A stretch of 64,000 nt of DNA from Octopus vulgaris (lineage: Eukaryota), in assembly GCA_951406725.2 (NCBI GenBank), contig OX597820.1, positions 50,902,001-50,966,000 on the forward strand, given 5' to 3'. The notes below the pieces were generated by a model, which saw only the letters and a program-made list of their open reading frames with translations, was not told where the DNA came from and did no database searches. Positions 1 to 12,765 of this stretch are shown here, one piece after another (the first letter of the stretch is position 1; each line of letters begins with the position of its first letter). The position numbers and the translations under genes are program-made.

Positions 1-30
1 TAGCTCTTTTCAAAGCTAACCACCACTTCT

Positions 31-162
31 GAGTTCAAATCACGCCAAGGTCACTGTATCTTCCATCCTTTTGAGATCAATAAAATAAAGTATCAAACTA
101 TCTCTGGGCTCGATGTAATCGACAATCCCCGTCTCCTCAAAACTTTCTAGCGTTGTGCCAAT
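31..162 (+). mobile_element. tRNA-derived SINE, family A (Meta/MESC-like core), partial
   Basis: GAGTTCAAATC...TTCCATCCTTTTGAGATCAATAAAATAAAGTA...CTGGGCTCGATGTAATCGAC; aligns by eye with the copies at 4929, 53345, 54255 and 55293. Confidence 0.7.
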
Positions 163-185
163 GAATTCGGGATCTTGGGGTTAGG

Positions 186-583
186 TTATACAAAGGCGAA
201 ACATGCTGCCCCCTCAAAATAAGGCTAGAGGAACATCGCAAAGCTGTGACACGGGGAGATATTGATAAATCGGGTATAGCTGATCATGTATGGAAAAATG
301 GAGACCACCTCCTCCTGTGGGATGAAGTTAAAACAATAGACAGAGAACACCACTGGAAAATACGAAAACTGAAAGAAGCAGTACATATGCTAGGACAGAA
401 CCTCCTAAGCAGACCGAGTGCATATATGAACAGCGTATGGGAATCGGTATTAAGGAAGGAGAGGAGAATATTAGATTTATAAGCCCTAAAATTCACTCCA
501 TAGATGCCCACGGGCATATGGCGTAGTGGTTAAGAGTGCAGGCTACTAACCCCAAGATTCTGAGTCCGATTCCAGGCAGTGAG

Positions 584-635
<52 letters not shown>

Positions 636-730
636 GCAACAACAACATCGAAAAATACCTTAGGTTCGACAATTTCCCCAAGATACCTAATGAAGCCTGG
701 AGGGTATATCAGCCAAAAATTGTGTGAACA
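186..730 (+). mobile_element. Penelope-like element 3' fragment: GIY-YIG endonuclease C-terminus, tRNA-like segment, (AAT)n and degenerate hammerhead
   Basis: Frame from 186 reads LYKGETCCPLKIRLEEHRKAVTRGDIDKSGIADHVW...WDEVKTIDRE...RKLKEAVH (YIGET..RL.EH..S.IA.H..W pattern of PLE GIY-YIG). Followed by ATAC-CTAATGA-AGCCTG...CAGCC-AAAAATT-GTGT at 683-725. Confidence 0.75.
512..584 (+). pseudogene. tRNA-derived sequence (A box/B box), not a functional tRNA
   Basis: TGGCGTAGTGG (A box), CT-ACT-AA anticodon-like loop, GAGTCCGATTCC (B box). Acceptor and anticodon stems pair poorly. Confidence 0.65.
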
Positions 731-734
731 TACA

Positions 735-1730
735 TAATTCTACATCTCTTACATACAGAAATGTATTATTCTTTCCTTGTATGCAGGCTGTTTGTGTACA
801 TTGCATTAATTTGTCTATCTCTAATTTTAATACCGCATTCTGACATAAGCATATATAAGTAAATGTGTCGATCAATCACTCCGAGGTCATTTTCTCAACT
901 ATTCTCAAGGAGTTGTATTATCAGCTTTCCAAGTGTCTCATCAACATCTTAGATTCCTTTTCTGTTCTTATTAGTATTAATAATTTTAGGAAGTGGGGCT
1001 CTCTCGTGGAAAGGTTAATGGAGTTGTATTCGATATTCTTCTAGTATTCCATCTAACAGTTCATTGCTAATGTAATCATTTATAGTGTTTTTAGTATCAA
1101 CTGATGGTCCACCTTCATAGTGTTCTGAGTAGCCAGTTTGCTCGTTTGAGTGAGGGATTTCAGAGCTTTTTGCCTGTGGGTATAAGTGAGTATGCCTTAT
1201 ACCTAAGCTGAGTCTTGACTGATCTGACTACTTTGTCAATTTCACTGTCAGTCTTTTATTCTTTAAGATATCACATCTCACAGCTCCTAATTTACTACTG
1301 TCCGTGTACTGCCTCCTATGACGGTATTTCCACCTCCAGATATTGTAGGTCTCTTTTTGTGTAATTGATGTTTCTGAGTTTAGCGTTGAAGGATATTAAG
1401 CATGCATAACTTCGATATATTCCTCCTTAGTCCATTTCTGCCTTGTATTTCTATGTATTTCAGATAGTTACTCTTAAGCATCAGTTTCAGGAATATCCCT
1501 GGTTTGATTTGCTACAGGTTCTTGAGGAGGTTAGTCTAGATTTAAAGAGTTTTCGAGTTCAGTGTCAGAGCATAAGTTCGCTGATGAACATGTTCTTTGA
1601 ACGACATGGGTTTTAGTGGGTATTTCCATGGTTGGTATCCAGGGCCGTACTATAAGCACATGGGATTAACCAGTTGCCGGGTTCCTTGGGTAAATTTCAG
1701 AGATCCCTGGCATCATCATTTTCCGGCGCG
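735..1730 (-). mobile_element. 5' portion of an R4/Dong-like non-LTR retrotransposon (degenerate)
   Basis: Minus strand at ~1395-1450 reads NTRQKWTKEEYIEVMHA*Y, matching the N-terminal R.KWT.EE...VM motif of R4/Dong ORFs. ATG near 1628 and a GC-richer leader up to ~1730. Confidence 0.55.
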
Positions 1731-2211
1731 AAAAGAAAAATAATATTTTGAGGAAATTTAAATTAGTTCATGCAATGACCTGCTGCCTGGAAGGTGTCAA
1801 AAAGAGGCAGATATTGAATTTACAACCAGAGGGAGACAGAGACAGAGACCAAAAACAGAAACATTGCGCAGTTTCCAAATTAGCTTTATCTCCAAGCTAT
1901 TTCCAGTAGGATGGTGATGGCATTGATGACACCGGTTGTGAAAGTTGTAATGGGATAGCATATGTTCTGTCAGCAGGATGTAAACGGCGCCGGATGTGTA
2001 TGTTTGTCTCCAGGCTATTAGCAATAGTAGCTTTAGCGGCAGCAGCAGTAGCTGTAGAAGTGCGAACAGGAAGCAAAAGAAGCGTCACAGTCTCGCGGTC
2101 AGCAGAGGTCAAATGAGTTTACTACTACCAAAAGCGGGATGACCTTGGCCTTGGATAGGTCCAACTCACCCTGTTCTGTTTTAATTACAAATAAAAAAAA
2201 TACACACACAC

Positions 2212-2368
<157 letters not shown>

Positions 2369-2393
2369 GGTAATAATAATTATTATATATATA

Positions 2394-2700
2394 TGCGTAT
2401 ATCGGTACAGAACGTCACTAACAGTAAACAACATGAAATGCGACGTAAATAACCGACGAAAAAAAGGACAAGTAATACAGAGTGACCCTTCATCAGTTGT
2501 CAGCTGTTTATCTACTCCTAATTTCGAGCAATATCGTTGATTAATTGAAATGGGGAGTAGATAGACAGCTATCAAATGATGTAGGTTCATTTTTTGTATT
2601 TCTTGTCCTCTTTGTTTCTCGTTATTTGTGTATAATTAACTTATTTAGTTTCGTACTTTATGTTGTTTACTGCCGGTGACGTCCTGTACTCATGTATGCA
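2394..2700. repeat. Imperfect inverted repeat (fold-back element), arms ~2394-2525 and ~2547-2700
   Basis: GTACAGAACGTCACTAACAGTAAACAACAT...CAGCTGTTTATCTACTCCTAATTTC versus GAAATGGGGAGTAGATAGACAGCT...ATGTTGTTTACTGCCGGTGACGTCCTGTAC. Flanked by (TA)n and (CA)n. Confidence 0.85.
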
Positions 2701-2726
2701 CAAACACACACACAAACGCACGCACG

Positions 2727-2830
<104 letters not shown>

Positions 2831-2857
2831 TTATTTATATTATAATTTAATTGTAAG

Positions 2858-3100
2858 TCAAGCATCCATTTCCGAGTATGGAAGTAGCGCTAACCAAGTA
2901 TTGGCAAACGATGTTCCATACCGTTTAACCTCACTCTCACCACACATTCTACATTTGTTGCTGTCGTTAGTTTTGTCTACTCTGCGCATGATATAGTTAA
3001 TCCTTAAGGCTTGTTGCTGAGCAGCGCATATGAATGTTTCATTTTTGTTATCATTATTAGTCACTAGTCTTATTCTTATCACGTAATTTAATTGCATTAC
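2858..3100 (-). mobile_element. R4/Dong-like RLE LINE fragment (pre-zinc-knuckle region)
   Basis: NETFICAAQQQALRINYIMRRVDKTNDSNKCRMCGESE (E..I.AAQ.Q.L...CRxC motif). Confidence 0.8.
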
Positions 3101-3179
3101 CGAGCACAGCTTTGTGTGCCATTGGTATGTGCTGTGGTTTAGTGTGCTGCTCTCATTTTTACCGTATTGAAATCGTATT

Positions 3180-4030
3180 ATGTAGGGTGTGTGCAGTGCC
3201 TAGTAGTGCTATTTTTTGTATTTTAAATATATTTGTCAGTACTGTTGTTTTTTTTTATGTACTTGTCTGAATATATATTTTCATCGTACCTAATGCACTA
3301 ACTATGAAAGGAATTGTTTCTGTTTTAGACTTCACATTCAAGTTACTTCAATTTCCAGGTGTTTGTATTTTGAAAGTTTCTCTGTTTCTTTCAGAGAAAC
3401 ATTGTCCTCTGTCAGCATTGATACATCAATTAGAAAATATTTTTCTCGGTGATCTCTGTCAGCTTTATCCAGCATATTTGCGTTGATTTCTTCGAGTGTG
3501 TATTGGCATATCTCAGAATATGGTTGCTTTCTCTTTCTCAATAACCTTTTTTGTTGTGTGCCTATACCGTCTTTTTTGTCGTTATCCCATAGTGTTGGCC
3601 CAGCTTCCAGTGTATACAGGTCCCAACTCTGTGATATCTGTGAATATACTCCTTCTTAGCCAGGACAGGGCAGCCAGAGATAATATGATTTATTGTTCCT
3701 TGAACATCTCCACATATTCTGCAGTTAGTTGTTATATTTATTTTCATGATATGTTTATGGTAATATCTGGTGGGAAGGTCTTGTGCTGCAATTAAAAATC
3801 CTTCCGTCTCTGCTTTGAGGCCTGAGCTTCTCAGCCATTGTTGGGTTTTGCTTTGTTTGTTGTTTTGTTTAGTTTAATCTAGTATTTGCTATGAAGGGAC
3901 TTCTCTTGACATCGTTTTATCATGATCCGTTGCTGCTCCAGTTTTAGTTTTGATTTCATTTGCTTTACAGCTTTTGCTGTTTCCTCTTTTTCTTCACAAG
4001 AGTTAGGTAGGTACTATGACTTGATTTTTG
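3180..4030 (-). mobile_element. R4/Dong-like RLE LINE 3' fragment (CCHC knuckle + restriction-like endonuclease)
   Basis: CRICGDVQGTINHIISGCPVLAKKEYIHRYHRVGTCIHWKL, then FLIDVSM...DNVSLKETEKLSKYKHLEIE. Frameshifted. Confidence 0.85.
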
Positions 4031-4070
4031 TATTTGTCAGCTTCCTTAAATACTGAGAGCAGTTTTTTTT

Positions 4071-4360
4071 TTCTTCTTCTTCTTCTTCTTCTTCTTCTTC
4101 TTCTTCTTCTTCTTCTTCTTCTTCTTCTTCTTCTTCTTCTTCTTCTTCTTCCTTCTTCTTCTTCTCTTCTTCTTCTTCTTCTTCTTCTTCTTCTTCTTCT
4201 TCTTCTTCTTCTTCTTCGTCTTCGTCTTCTTGTTGTTCTCCTTCTTCTTCTTCTTCTTCTTCTTCTTCTTCTTCTTCTTCGTCTTCGTCTTCTTGTTGTT
4301 CTCCTTCTTCTTCTTCTTCTTCTTCTTCTTCTTCTTCTTCTTCTTCATGTTGTTGTTGTT
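4071..4360. repeat. (TTC)n/(TTG)n microsatellite with a duplicated internal interruption
   Basis: Direct reading; CGTCTTCGTCTTCTTGTTGTTCTCC occurs twice. Confidence 0.95.
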
Positions 4361-4361
4361 G

Positions 4362-4796
4362 TCTTTCCACAGGTTTCAAAGTTGGAGATGTACTGCGGTT
4401 TCAGCTGCTCACTACCAGAGAACTAAGGGAATATCCCTTAGTTTTCGTGCACCCTCTGGTGTATTCGAGCGGTTCCTGGTAGTGCTGTTTTCTGCAAGTA
4501 CTCCACTCCTATTACATTCTCTATTTCTTGCATGTACTTCTCACAATTTTTACTTATTGTTCCCAGGTCTCCAACAATCATTGGTACTACTACAATTTAT
4601 TCAGCGACCACAACTGATTAACCTCACAAGCTGACCTGTTATATCTATCGACGTTTCATTCTTCCTTATCGCACCCCTTGTTGTCAGCTGGGCATGCTAT
4701 AGCTATGATCAAGCATCGTTTGCTTTGTTTCTCAATTAACACTACGTCCGGTTTCCTATTCTCTATCTCATGGTCACACTGAATCATAAAATCCCA

Positions 4797-4797
<1 letters not shown>
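4362..4797 (-). mobile_element. 5'-truncated R4/Dong-like LINE 3' end (RLE domain + 3' UTR) between (TAA)n and (AAC)/(AAG)n
   Basis: Minus strand reads WDFMIQCDHEIENRKPDVVLIEKQSKRCLIIAIACPADNK; same family as 34300-34430. Confidence 0.85.
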
Positions 4798-4860
<63 letters not shown>

Positions 4861-4928
4861 GTCGTTGTTGTTGTTATTGTCGTTGTTGTTGTTGTTGTCG
4901 TTGTTGTTGTTGTTGCTATTATTGCTTC

Positions 4929-5117
4929 AGGCGCTGAGCTGGCAGAATCGTTAGCATGCTGGACGAAATACCTAACCGTATTTCTCCCATCGCTAGGTTC
5001 CGAGTTACAATTCTGTCGTGGTCAACTTTGTCTTTCGTCTTTTCGATGTCGATAAAATAAGTATTCGACTCATCTCCTCCACCAAGACTGCTGCCCTAAT
5101 GACAAATTTTGAAACCC
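4929..5117 (+). mobile_element. tRNA-derived SINE, family A
   Basis: GGCGCTGAGCTGGCAGAATCGTTAGCA head; GTCAACTTTGTCTTTCGTCTTTTCGATGTCGATAAAATAAGTA core; TTTTGAAACC end. Confidence 0.75.
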
Positions 5118-5395
5118 TGAGTGACGAAACCGTTCTGCACGCCTTCCTTCAGTGTCAGGGCATTACTAATTTGTCGGGGCTATGTCGGGACATATACATT
5201 CCTTTGGGAAATATACATTCCTCTTTGGTAGAGCTCTCATTGACTTCTTCAAGTTTCACTTGAAAAGGAAATTGTGAGTGGAGAGGGAAGAGCTGTCCTT
5301 GAGTGAGTATCTTGAAAAGTGGGTGAAAGTGTAGATCTGTGAGTCGGAGAGAAGGAACTGGAGGACGCACTTCATATTTCGCCCTTGTGGTAAAT
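5118..5395 (+). mobile_element. L1/Tx1-like LINE 3' fragment
   Basis: DETVLHAFLQC (end of CCHC knuckle), then in another frame ALIDFFKFHLKRKL*VEREELSLSEYLEKWVKV. Confidence 0.5.
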
Positions 5396-5413
5396 CAATG
5401 AAATCATCATCAC

Positions 5414-5447
<34 letters not shown>

Positions 5448-5487
5448 GTCGTCGTCGTCGTCGTCGTCATCATCATCATCATCATCA

Positions 5488-5520
<33 letters not shown>

Positions 5521-5699
5521 GTAGTAGTAGTAGTAGTAGCAGTAGTAGTAGCTGTAGTTGTATTGTAACAGCAGTACTAGTACTGTTTTTTGTTCTTGTA
5601 GTAGTGTTTGAGTGTCGTTTTTAATTTAATTTTATGTATTTATAATATTTAAAGTTTAATTTCGAATATTAAAGTTCCTAAATCCATAATGATCGAAGA

Positions 5700-7450
5700 G
5701 TAGTTTTGCTCATGTTCTAAAACATTTTTGTATGCACTCACCTTCTTCTTGAATCGACAATCTGTGAAGAGGTTTGAGTAATGTTTGATTACAATATCCG
5801 AACCGTTTTTGTTGATCTGTTTCAATGCAAACTAGCAAAAATAATTCTGGGCTCTCTAAGGAAATCTTTCTATATTTTTTCTTTCTAATCCTTGTGAATA
5901 TGTCTACTTTTGTATCATAGTAAGGTAGCTCGATTTACTTCATGGGCTCTTGCCTTAGCTTCAAGACAGCTTGAATTGAAGTAAATAATGTTTCTGTTAC
6001 GAATCTAATTAAACTACCAATATACAAACAAAATTGAGTAGCAATACAATATCAAGCTTCAAGTTTCTAAATACAAGCACATGATTCTAGTTTGCTCAAG
6101 GCAGTCAATCCGCCAGTACTCAACTCTGTTCACGCTGTATTCATTTTTACCGCAATTCAACAAGGTAATTCAATTACTGCTTTCATGTCCACTGACACAG
6201 TATTCCTAAGAGCCAATGTTTGATTGCCCTAAATGACTAGTTCTCTTCTGGTTACAGGAATTTAATTCGTTGTAAGGAAAATTTGCAACTTAACTGGCAT
6301 CAGTGCAACACAATATATTTTTCTATTGTCAGATGTCATTCATGATCAATAACACCTAAGAGGAAACATCCTGGTAATTGAGTAGTTCTGATTAATTCTT
6401 TTATCAAACTAAAAGCTAACAAGGCAAGAATTCGTAGACAACATGTACATAAACATTTCTACAATTCCTACTTTGTTTACTCCAATGCAAGTAAGAAATT
6501 ACTCACGTATGGTCCTAAATAGAACGTGCCCTTAGAATGAAATAAACTCTGATAATTAATAAAAGAATACCTCATAGCAGTGCCTTGTTAAGAAAGTTAC
6601 TGTCTGCGTTTGTTAAATTAGGATACTTTTACTGCGACATATTCACTTACCAAGGTTAATTGATTTCAGGATTCCGATGGCCTTACGTGCTCTGCTAAAC
6701 ATACACCAGTTCTTATACTTCCTCTTCATATCAACAAACTTATCATCGGTATTTTGTTGAACTTTTCAGATATCGAAGAAATTTCGCGCTCAATCGACTG
6801 TTGATAATCCACTGGATAAGATAAATAAAACCTTTATTCTATAGGTTTGTTTCAATTACGGTGCTCATCGTTGTTGTGATGGTTCAACTAATGTATAATA
6901 GAAGTCGTTGTTATTGTTGCTAGTGGTAATGACAGCGATAAATAAATCAAATCTAATTACTTGAAATATCGATCAGCTACTTCAAAATATGGTACGCTAC
7001 TACTGCTTTCAGTGAATAACATATTTTCTCTCACTTCATTATATCTTCTAGATTTACAATTCGGCGTTCAAGGACAGTCCATCCGAATCTAATAATTCGA
7101 GAAACGTTGTTTCATCGTGAAATTTTAATAAAAATGTACGACAACAATTTTCTTGATTTAGTTCTATATTTGGTAACAGTACCCCATATTTCTATTAAGC
7201 ATAAAATTACATCCAGTTATTAAGCATATAATTAATTCTTTCGAAGAAATCAAATGGATAGTGTCAGAAATGCATTCTGTAATTTATGTAGCATTTTCTC
7301 AGGTTTCCCCAGGGAAGAGAAGTGTTATAGGTCAAATGACATAGCACTGTTCGTCCTGGTAATTTGGAATATTCTAGTAAATATAAAACCTGCATTACCT
7401 CTGCTAACGTTGCTATATATATTAACCTAGGTTCCACTATTTGTGCACTT
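5700..7450 (-). mobile_element. Possible highly decayed BEL/Pao LTR-retrotransposon pol relic
   Basis: Faint minus-strand motifs in the expected order: FTESS (cf. FSDAS), RTIRE*F...CTCCLR (integrase HHCC-like), QLP, TRRE..VI*GN, VRIVIK..KPLHRL. Many stops; weak. Confidence 0.3.
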
Positions 7451-7984
7451 GAACAGCAACTTAATAATCAATATTAATGTCTACCCTCATTATTGAACTT
7501 TTAAGTAGACATGTTCTCTAACCGGGGAATTCGCTGCGGAAATTTATTAACTGTTGTGTTCTTTCCGGTTTCAGCGAGCCAAAATAAGTACAATTGTAAG
7601 AGACCCTGAAAAAATAATGTCAGAACTTTATACACATTCTCTATCAAGAGGACGTTTTGTGTCTAGTTCTATGATATATATTTCCAGCAACGACTTTACT
7701 GATTACCTACAGATGATCACATTAGTGATTGTTAGTAGGGATATTTTGTATCTTTTAATTTGTCTTGCTCGCTTACATTCTGGCGTATGCTGAAATGTTT
7801 TGAGAAAATTCTTCGTGGTAAGGCGATTAGGCGTCTTCTATCATATTAGAAATCCACCTTAGTGGCTATTCCTCTTATACATGTAATATAATTCATAGTC
7901 TTCAGATTTTTTAAGTTTGCTAGGCCACTGGTTTAAATTTATATTAATTAATAATATTAATTTCTAACCTCATTATTTAAATTA

Positions 7985-9056
7985 TATTTGTTCGGAAAGT
8001 TATGAGCGTTTTTTAATATGCAAAAAGGGATATAAATAATTGATCTTACAATAAATGTTATTCAATGAAATAATTTCCATTATTATTAATGACCTTTGCT
8101 ATTCTATCAGCATAAAATTTAACTAGTGCTAAAGAAAAAATTTATCTACATGCATTTTGACTCCATGTATATCGTTAAATGGTTTTCTATAGTTACAAAA
8201 AGAAGTGGTAGTCTGATGGCGCAGTATCAGGAAAATATGGTGGATATGGTTCATGCAACAGTATTTGGGTAGCCAAAAACACATGTGGTCAGGTATTGTC
8301 TTGGCGGAACACTACGGCCTAAATTCTTTGATTTGTTTGGTTTAAATTAGGCAGCTGACGACAGTACATATCAGAATTAATAATCTGGTTTTGTGAAAGA
8401 AGTTCATAAGGAATAATGCCTTCATGATACCACTAAACATAAATCATAATATTTTTGGCATGTATACTCGTCTTTTGTTGCTGTTTTGGGGGATCCTTAT
8501 ACAAACTCCTGGATGATTTTCGCACAACGTTTTCGTACACAATCCATTTTTCATCTCTATTCACATGTTGTTTCAAAGAAAAGTACGCTTTCATTCCATT
8601 TCAAAAGCACATTTCAAACGGAATACCGGTCCAATCAATTCTTTTCGGAGAGTTTGTGTGTGATCAATACATTATAGCAAGAAATGTATCCTAGATTCCC
8701 TAAGGGTTTGCGAACCGTACCTTTGAGAATTTCCAACTTCTCTGCAAGTTCTCTATTCATGATATTTGAATTTTCTTTGATTCTTCAAAACATCTTCATC
8801 CAATTTTGTTTCTGCAAGTCTTTGCAGCAATTTTCCCATTTTTAAAGCGAAAGACATTACAAAGCGAATATCAAATTGTTAGTTATCCATTTCGAATATC
8901 AATAAAGTGTAACCGGAATGAAAGATAAATCCAATTTTAGTCAGGAACAAAAAGATGCATCAAGCAATGCAAAAATGTTATCTGTGATACGTTTGTTGTG
9001 TGTTCAATGAAGCGTTAAAAGATTTAGCTCTAAAACGGTCAGAGCGTTCCAGACTA

Positions 9057-9061
<5 letters not shown>
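7985..9061 (-). mobile_element. Mariner (DD34D) DNA transposon relic with TIRs; transposase pseudogene ~8058-8890
   Basis: Minus strand: RELAEKLEI..TVRK.L..LGY, RDEKWIVYENV.RK, IHAKNIMI..W...GII.YELL, VFRQDNT*PH, PYPPYFPDTAPSDYHFF. Degenerate TIRs TTGTTCGGAAAGTTATGAGCGTTTT / AAAACGGTCAGAGCGTTCCAGACTATCTAA, with TA-rich flanks. Confidence 0.85.
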
Positions 9062-9113
<52 letters not shown>

Positions 9114-9398
9114 ATATATATGCGTATGTAATTATGTGTATATATAATTATTATATATATATTGTATATATATGCGCATGTATTTATGTGTATATGTAAT
9201 TATTATATTTATATAGTCTACCGGTTTCGCATTTTGCTAATCATGACTAGGAAATTGATGAGAATATTTCAATTTCGTTTTATCTTAAGGAATGTGTGTG
9301 TAAATGAACCACCATGTAAATAAATCTAAGTGGAGGTAATTTATTATTCGAGACAGGAGAGGTAATTGCACTTTATGAATATTTTTGCGTACGGACGG

Positions 9399-9438
<40 letters not shown>

Positions 9439-9924
9439 AAAGACACACTCAGAGAGACACACACACACTAATATATATGTAATGTGCATTGAAAATTCTT
9501 TGTGAGGAGCTGAAATAACTTAAAACACATTAGAAGAATTACAAAATTTAATATCGATACGCAGATACATACAAACTGTAACAAATATCTCTCAGGGTTA
9601 TACAACATTGTGAATCAAAAGCTTTTGCATACAGCACAACTATATCCATATTGTTTTTTAAGCCGACATGTTCGAATTCCTATAATGAGACTTCGTAAAA
9701 AATATTTCCTTTATTTCGTCAATTAAAGTCACTTTGGAGTGCAATCATTATATTACTCTGAATCACTATGACAACAAATTATTGAGATTTTCTATGGTAC
9801 ATTAATCAGCATTAGAAAATATGTAGGAGACGAATTGGAAATTTAGAGCCGAAACTAATAATAAATTGTGGAATATTTGCTTTTAATTAACTGATGTCAC
9901 TTTATCATTCAATCTATTAGGTAT

Positions 9925-10400
9925 TGTTATACACCGCTGGTCACAATGCGGTTTTAATTCTTTCTTGATTGCGCTATTTTTCCACCTCGTTCCAAACACA
10001 TACCCATTATTGCAAAGGACTTTCTATTGGCTTTTTGCGATCTCTAGGACACCACTCGTCAGTTGTGCATCTCACCTCTTGTCTGTGAACTTGTGCTTTA
10101 GGTATTCTCCACTTTCATCATTCATTCGTGTCCTTTTTCGAATTACATTATTTCGGATATGCTCTCATGATGATATATTATGTATGGTTAGTTTGTAGCA
10201 GTTTGCAGTTGAAATTCTTCATTCTTTGTAGTAGCCCACTTCTCACTGGAATACAACATGGGTTGTTGAATATTGCTGCACATATGTTCATGTCCAGATT
10301 TTTACTGAGCACATCTTATTGAGATAAACACCTTCGATCTTTTCCTTATTCTCTTTCAAATATCTGCTTTCATATCTCGGCGCATTATCAATGTGTACTC
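9925..10400 (-). mobile_element. RTE-clade LINE 3' fragment
   Basis: Minus strand: PMLYSSEKWATTKNEE, EHIRNNVIRKRT, EWCPRDRKKPIESP..W, FGTRWK, typical of the RTE RT C-terminal region. Confidence 0.6.
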
Positions 10401-11093
10401 TAAGTAGACGCACTTATTTATCTCTTCAGTTTTTTCGCTTCCTTCAGTTTTTTTCGCTTAGCGTATATGACAGTAAAGATTGGTTTGAAATAGGACAGAG
10501 TTATAGTGCTGATAACTTTTGAACTTAGAATGACCATTTTAGAATTTAAGGCAATCAATATATATTTATGTATACACGCATGTGTGCGTGTGTTTGCATG
10601 TGTGTGTATGTGTAAGCTATAAAAGGAATTGATGGATTGACAAATACAGGCAAATATCTCGAAATCATTCATTTCTCATGTATGATAAACTCCAATGTTT
10701 CTCAGATATTTTATTAGATTTCAAGAAGTCTAGAGTATATAATAATATAAAAAAAGAATAGAGGATATAACATTTTTATAAAGTGAGTACACCATACGAT
10801 ATCGATGATTCACTGTACTAGCATATTTAGATGCAGGAAAAACGTATCAAACACGAGTCAAACCACTATATCTAAAAATTAATGCTAACACAATGATATT
10901 AAGGTAACCCAAAAGAGGTTAAATTCAAAGTGAACTAAATTATATTGATAACTCCTGAACGAATCCAAAAAGATCTTAAAGAAAAAATTTAATATTCTAA
11001 GAAAAGACAGATTAGTTTTTAAACTTCTGGTGATGCCTATTCATAACAAAAGAACTGAATAAAGAAATCTTCTATTTATTAACATGTGAGCAG

Positions 11094-11146
<53 letters not shown>

Positions 11147-11155
11147 ATATATGTA

Positions 11156-11191
<36 letters not shown>

Positions 11192-11647
11192 TGTATGTAT
11201 GTATGTATGCGTGTGTGTCTCTGAACGTAATTATGTGACTGTATTAATGATAGTCTTATGTTTTTACCAACATAAATCATTGCGTTCAGTTTCGAATTTC
11301 AACTGAAAATGTAGCTCTAAATGATTTGCAAACTAAAACAGGAAAAGAAAAACAAAACATAAAAACGTACAGCTAAAACAAAACAAGTCGAACGAAATGA
11401 GGACTAGTGTCGGTATTACACATTAGATTTCTTGCAGGTCGTACTCCAGCATGACTGTATTATTTTGGGTGAATCTAGTAAATGCAACCAGATATATATG
11501 GGAAAAGTCACAAGTTTCTAACACAAAATCCAATAGTCGATTGTGACAATCAAATCACGTTACTCTTACATTCATTAGTCACACTTGGTATAATCTCCCT
11601 CTATCTCCCCACCTCTTTATATAGATGTGTATATGTCTGCGCCCGTA

Positions 11648-11747
<100 letters not shown>

Positions 11748-11924
11748 TATAGATAGTATATATATATATATATGTATATATGTGTGTGTGTATGTGTGAG
11801 GGCATACTACAAATTTGTGTACCTATGCAATTTCTTGCCACTTACCGTATAAGTGTTTGTTCAGTTTGATTATGTATGTATGTAGGTATATAATGTACGT
11901 AATTTATGCATGTGTATACATGTA

Positions 11925-11955
<31 letters not shown>

Positions 11956-12519
11956 GCACATCGATATTCACATATATATACGAACACACACACACGTATA
12001 TACATGTATATATTTGTGTGCGCACGCGAGTTCATATATATATATATACACACACACACAAACATATATATATATATAAATGAGTGCGTGTATATGTGTA
12101 TATGTCTGTGTTATAATAAGGTATGTATGCACATGTAAGTTGTTTGTGAAATCGCACAGCTGCTATTGAAATCTCTGTAAAGCTTTCCTATTGGATTACA
12201 AACAAATCTATTGAAATTGATGACAACAACTTTTGTTTTCAAACCTCTTAACATTACTGCACTAATTCGATATGTGGACAGCAAAATTCTGTCTTTCTAA
12301 AGATTTTTTTTATGTTCTCCCCTACAACAACTCACCACAAAGCCGTAACTGCAAACTGTTAAAATACTGATGCTTGACAAATAATCAGACAGCAAACGCA
12401 CGCACGCACAGGCACACGCACACATACACACACGTATCTCTCTATATATTTATATATTTGTGTATGTATGTATGTGTGTACGTGTGTGTGTATCCATGTG
12501 CATAATAAACACATATACA

Positions 12520-12665
12520 CAGGCGAAAACGTGAGTGTGAGGTAAGGAGTTTGCTTCCTGACTGCATATCACCGGGTTCAGTTCCACTGCGTAACACCTT
12601 GGGTAAATGTTATCTCGGGCCAACGAAATCCTTCTCGGTGCATTTGGCAGACGGAAAATATGTAT
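12520..12665 (+). mobile_element. tRNA-derived SINE family B, head half
   Basis: GGTAAGGAGTTTGCTTCC...CCGGGTTCAGTTCCACTGCGTAACACCTTGGGTAAATG...TTTGGCAGACGGAAA; matches the head of the 26556 copy. Confidence 0.75.
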
Positions 12666-12671
12666 ATGTGC

Positions 12672-12765
<94 letters not shown>

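Noticed and set aside
512-584. Functional tRNA-Ser(ACT)
   Set aside because: Acceptor and anticodon stems do not pair, there is no long variable arm, and it sits inside a transposon.
1620-1730. HDV-like ribozyme in the LINE 5' leader
   Set aside because: Only one helix (CCAGGG/CCCTGG) is evident; the nested double pseudoknot could not be built by eye.
1760-2170. GC-richer segment with a 71-aa minus-strand ORF, possible exon
   Set aside because: No recognisable domain and no convincing acceptor/donor pair or partner exons.
4014-4634. Poly-E/K/L/F ORFs (also 23283-23666, 34424-34698, 37288-37800, 42583-43126)
   Set aside because: Trinucleotide microsatellite read-through; no domain or splice support.
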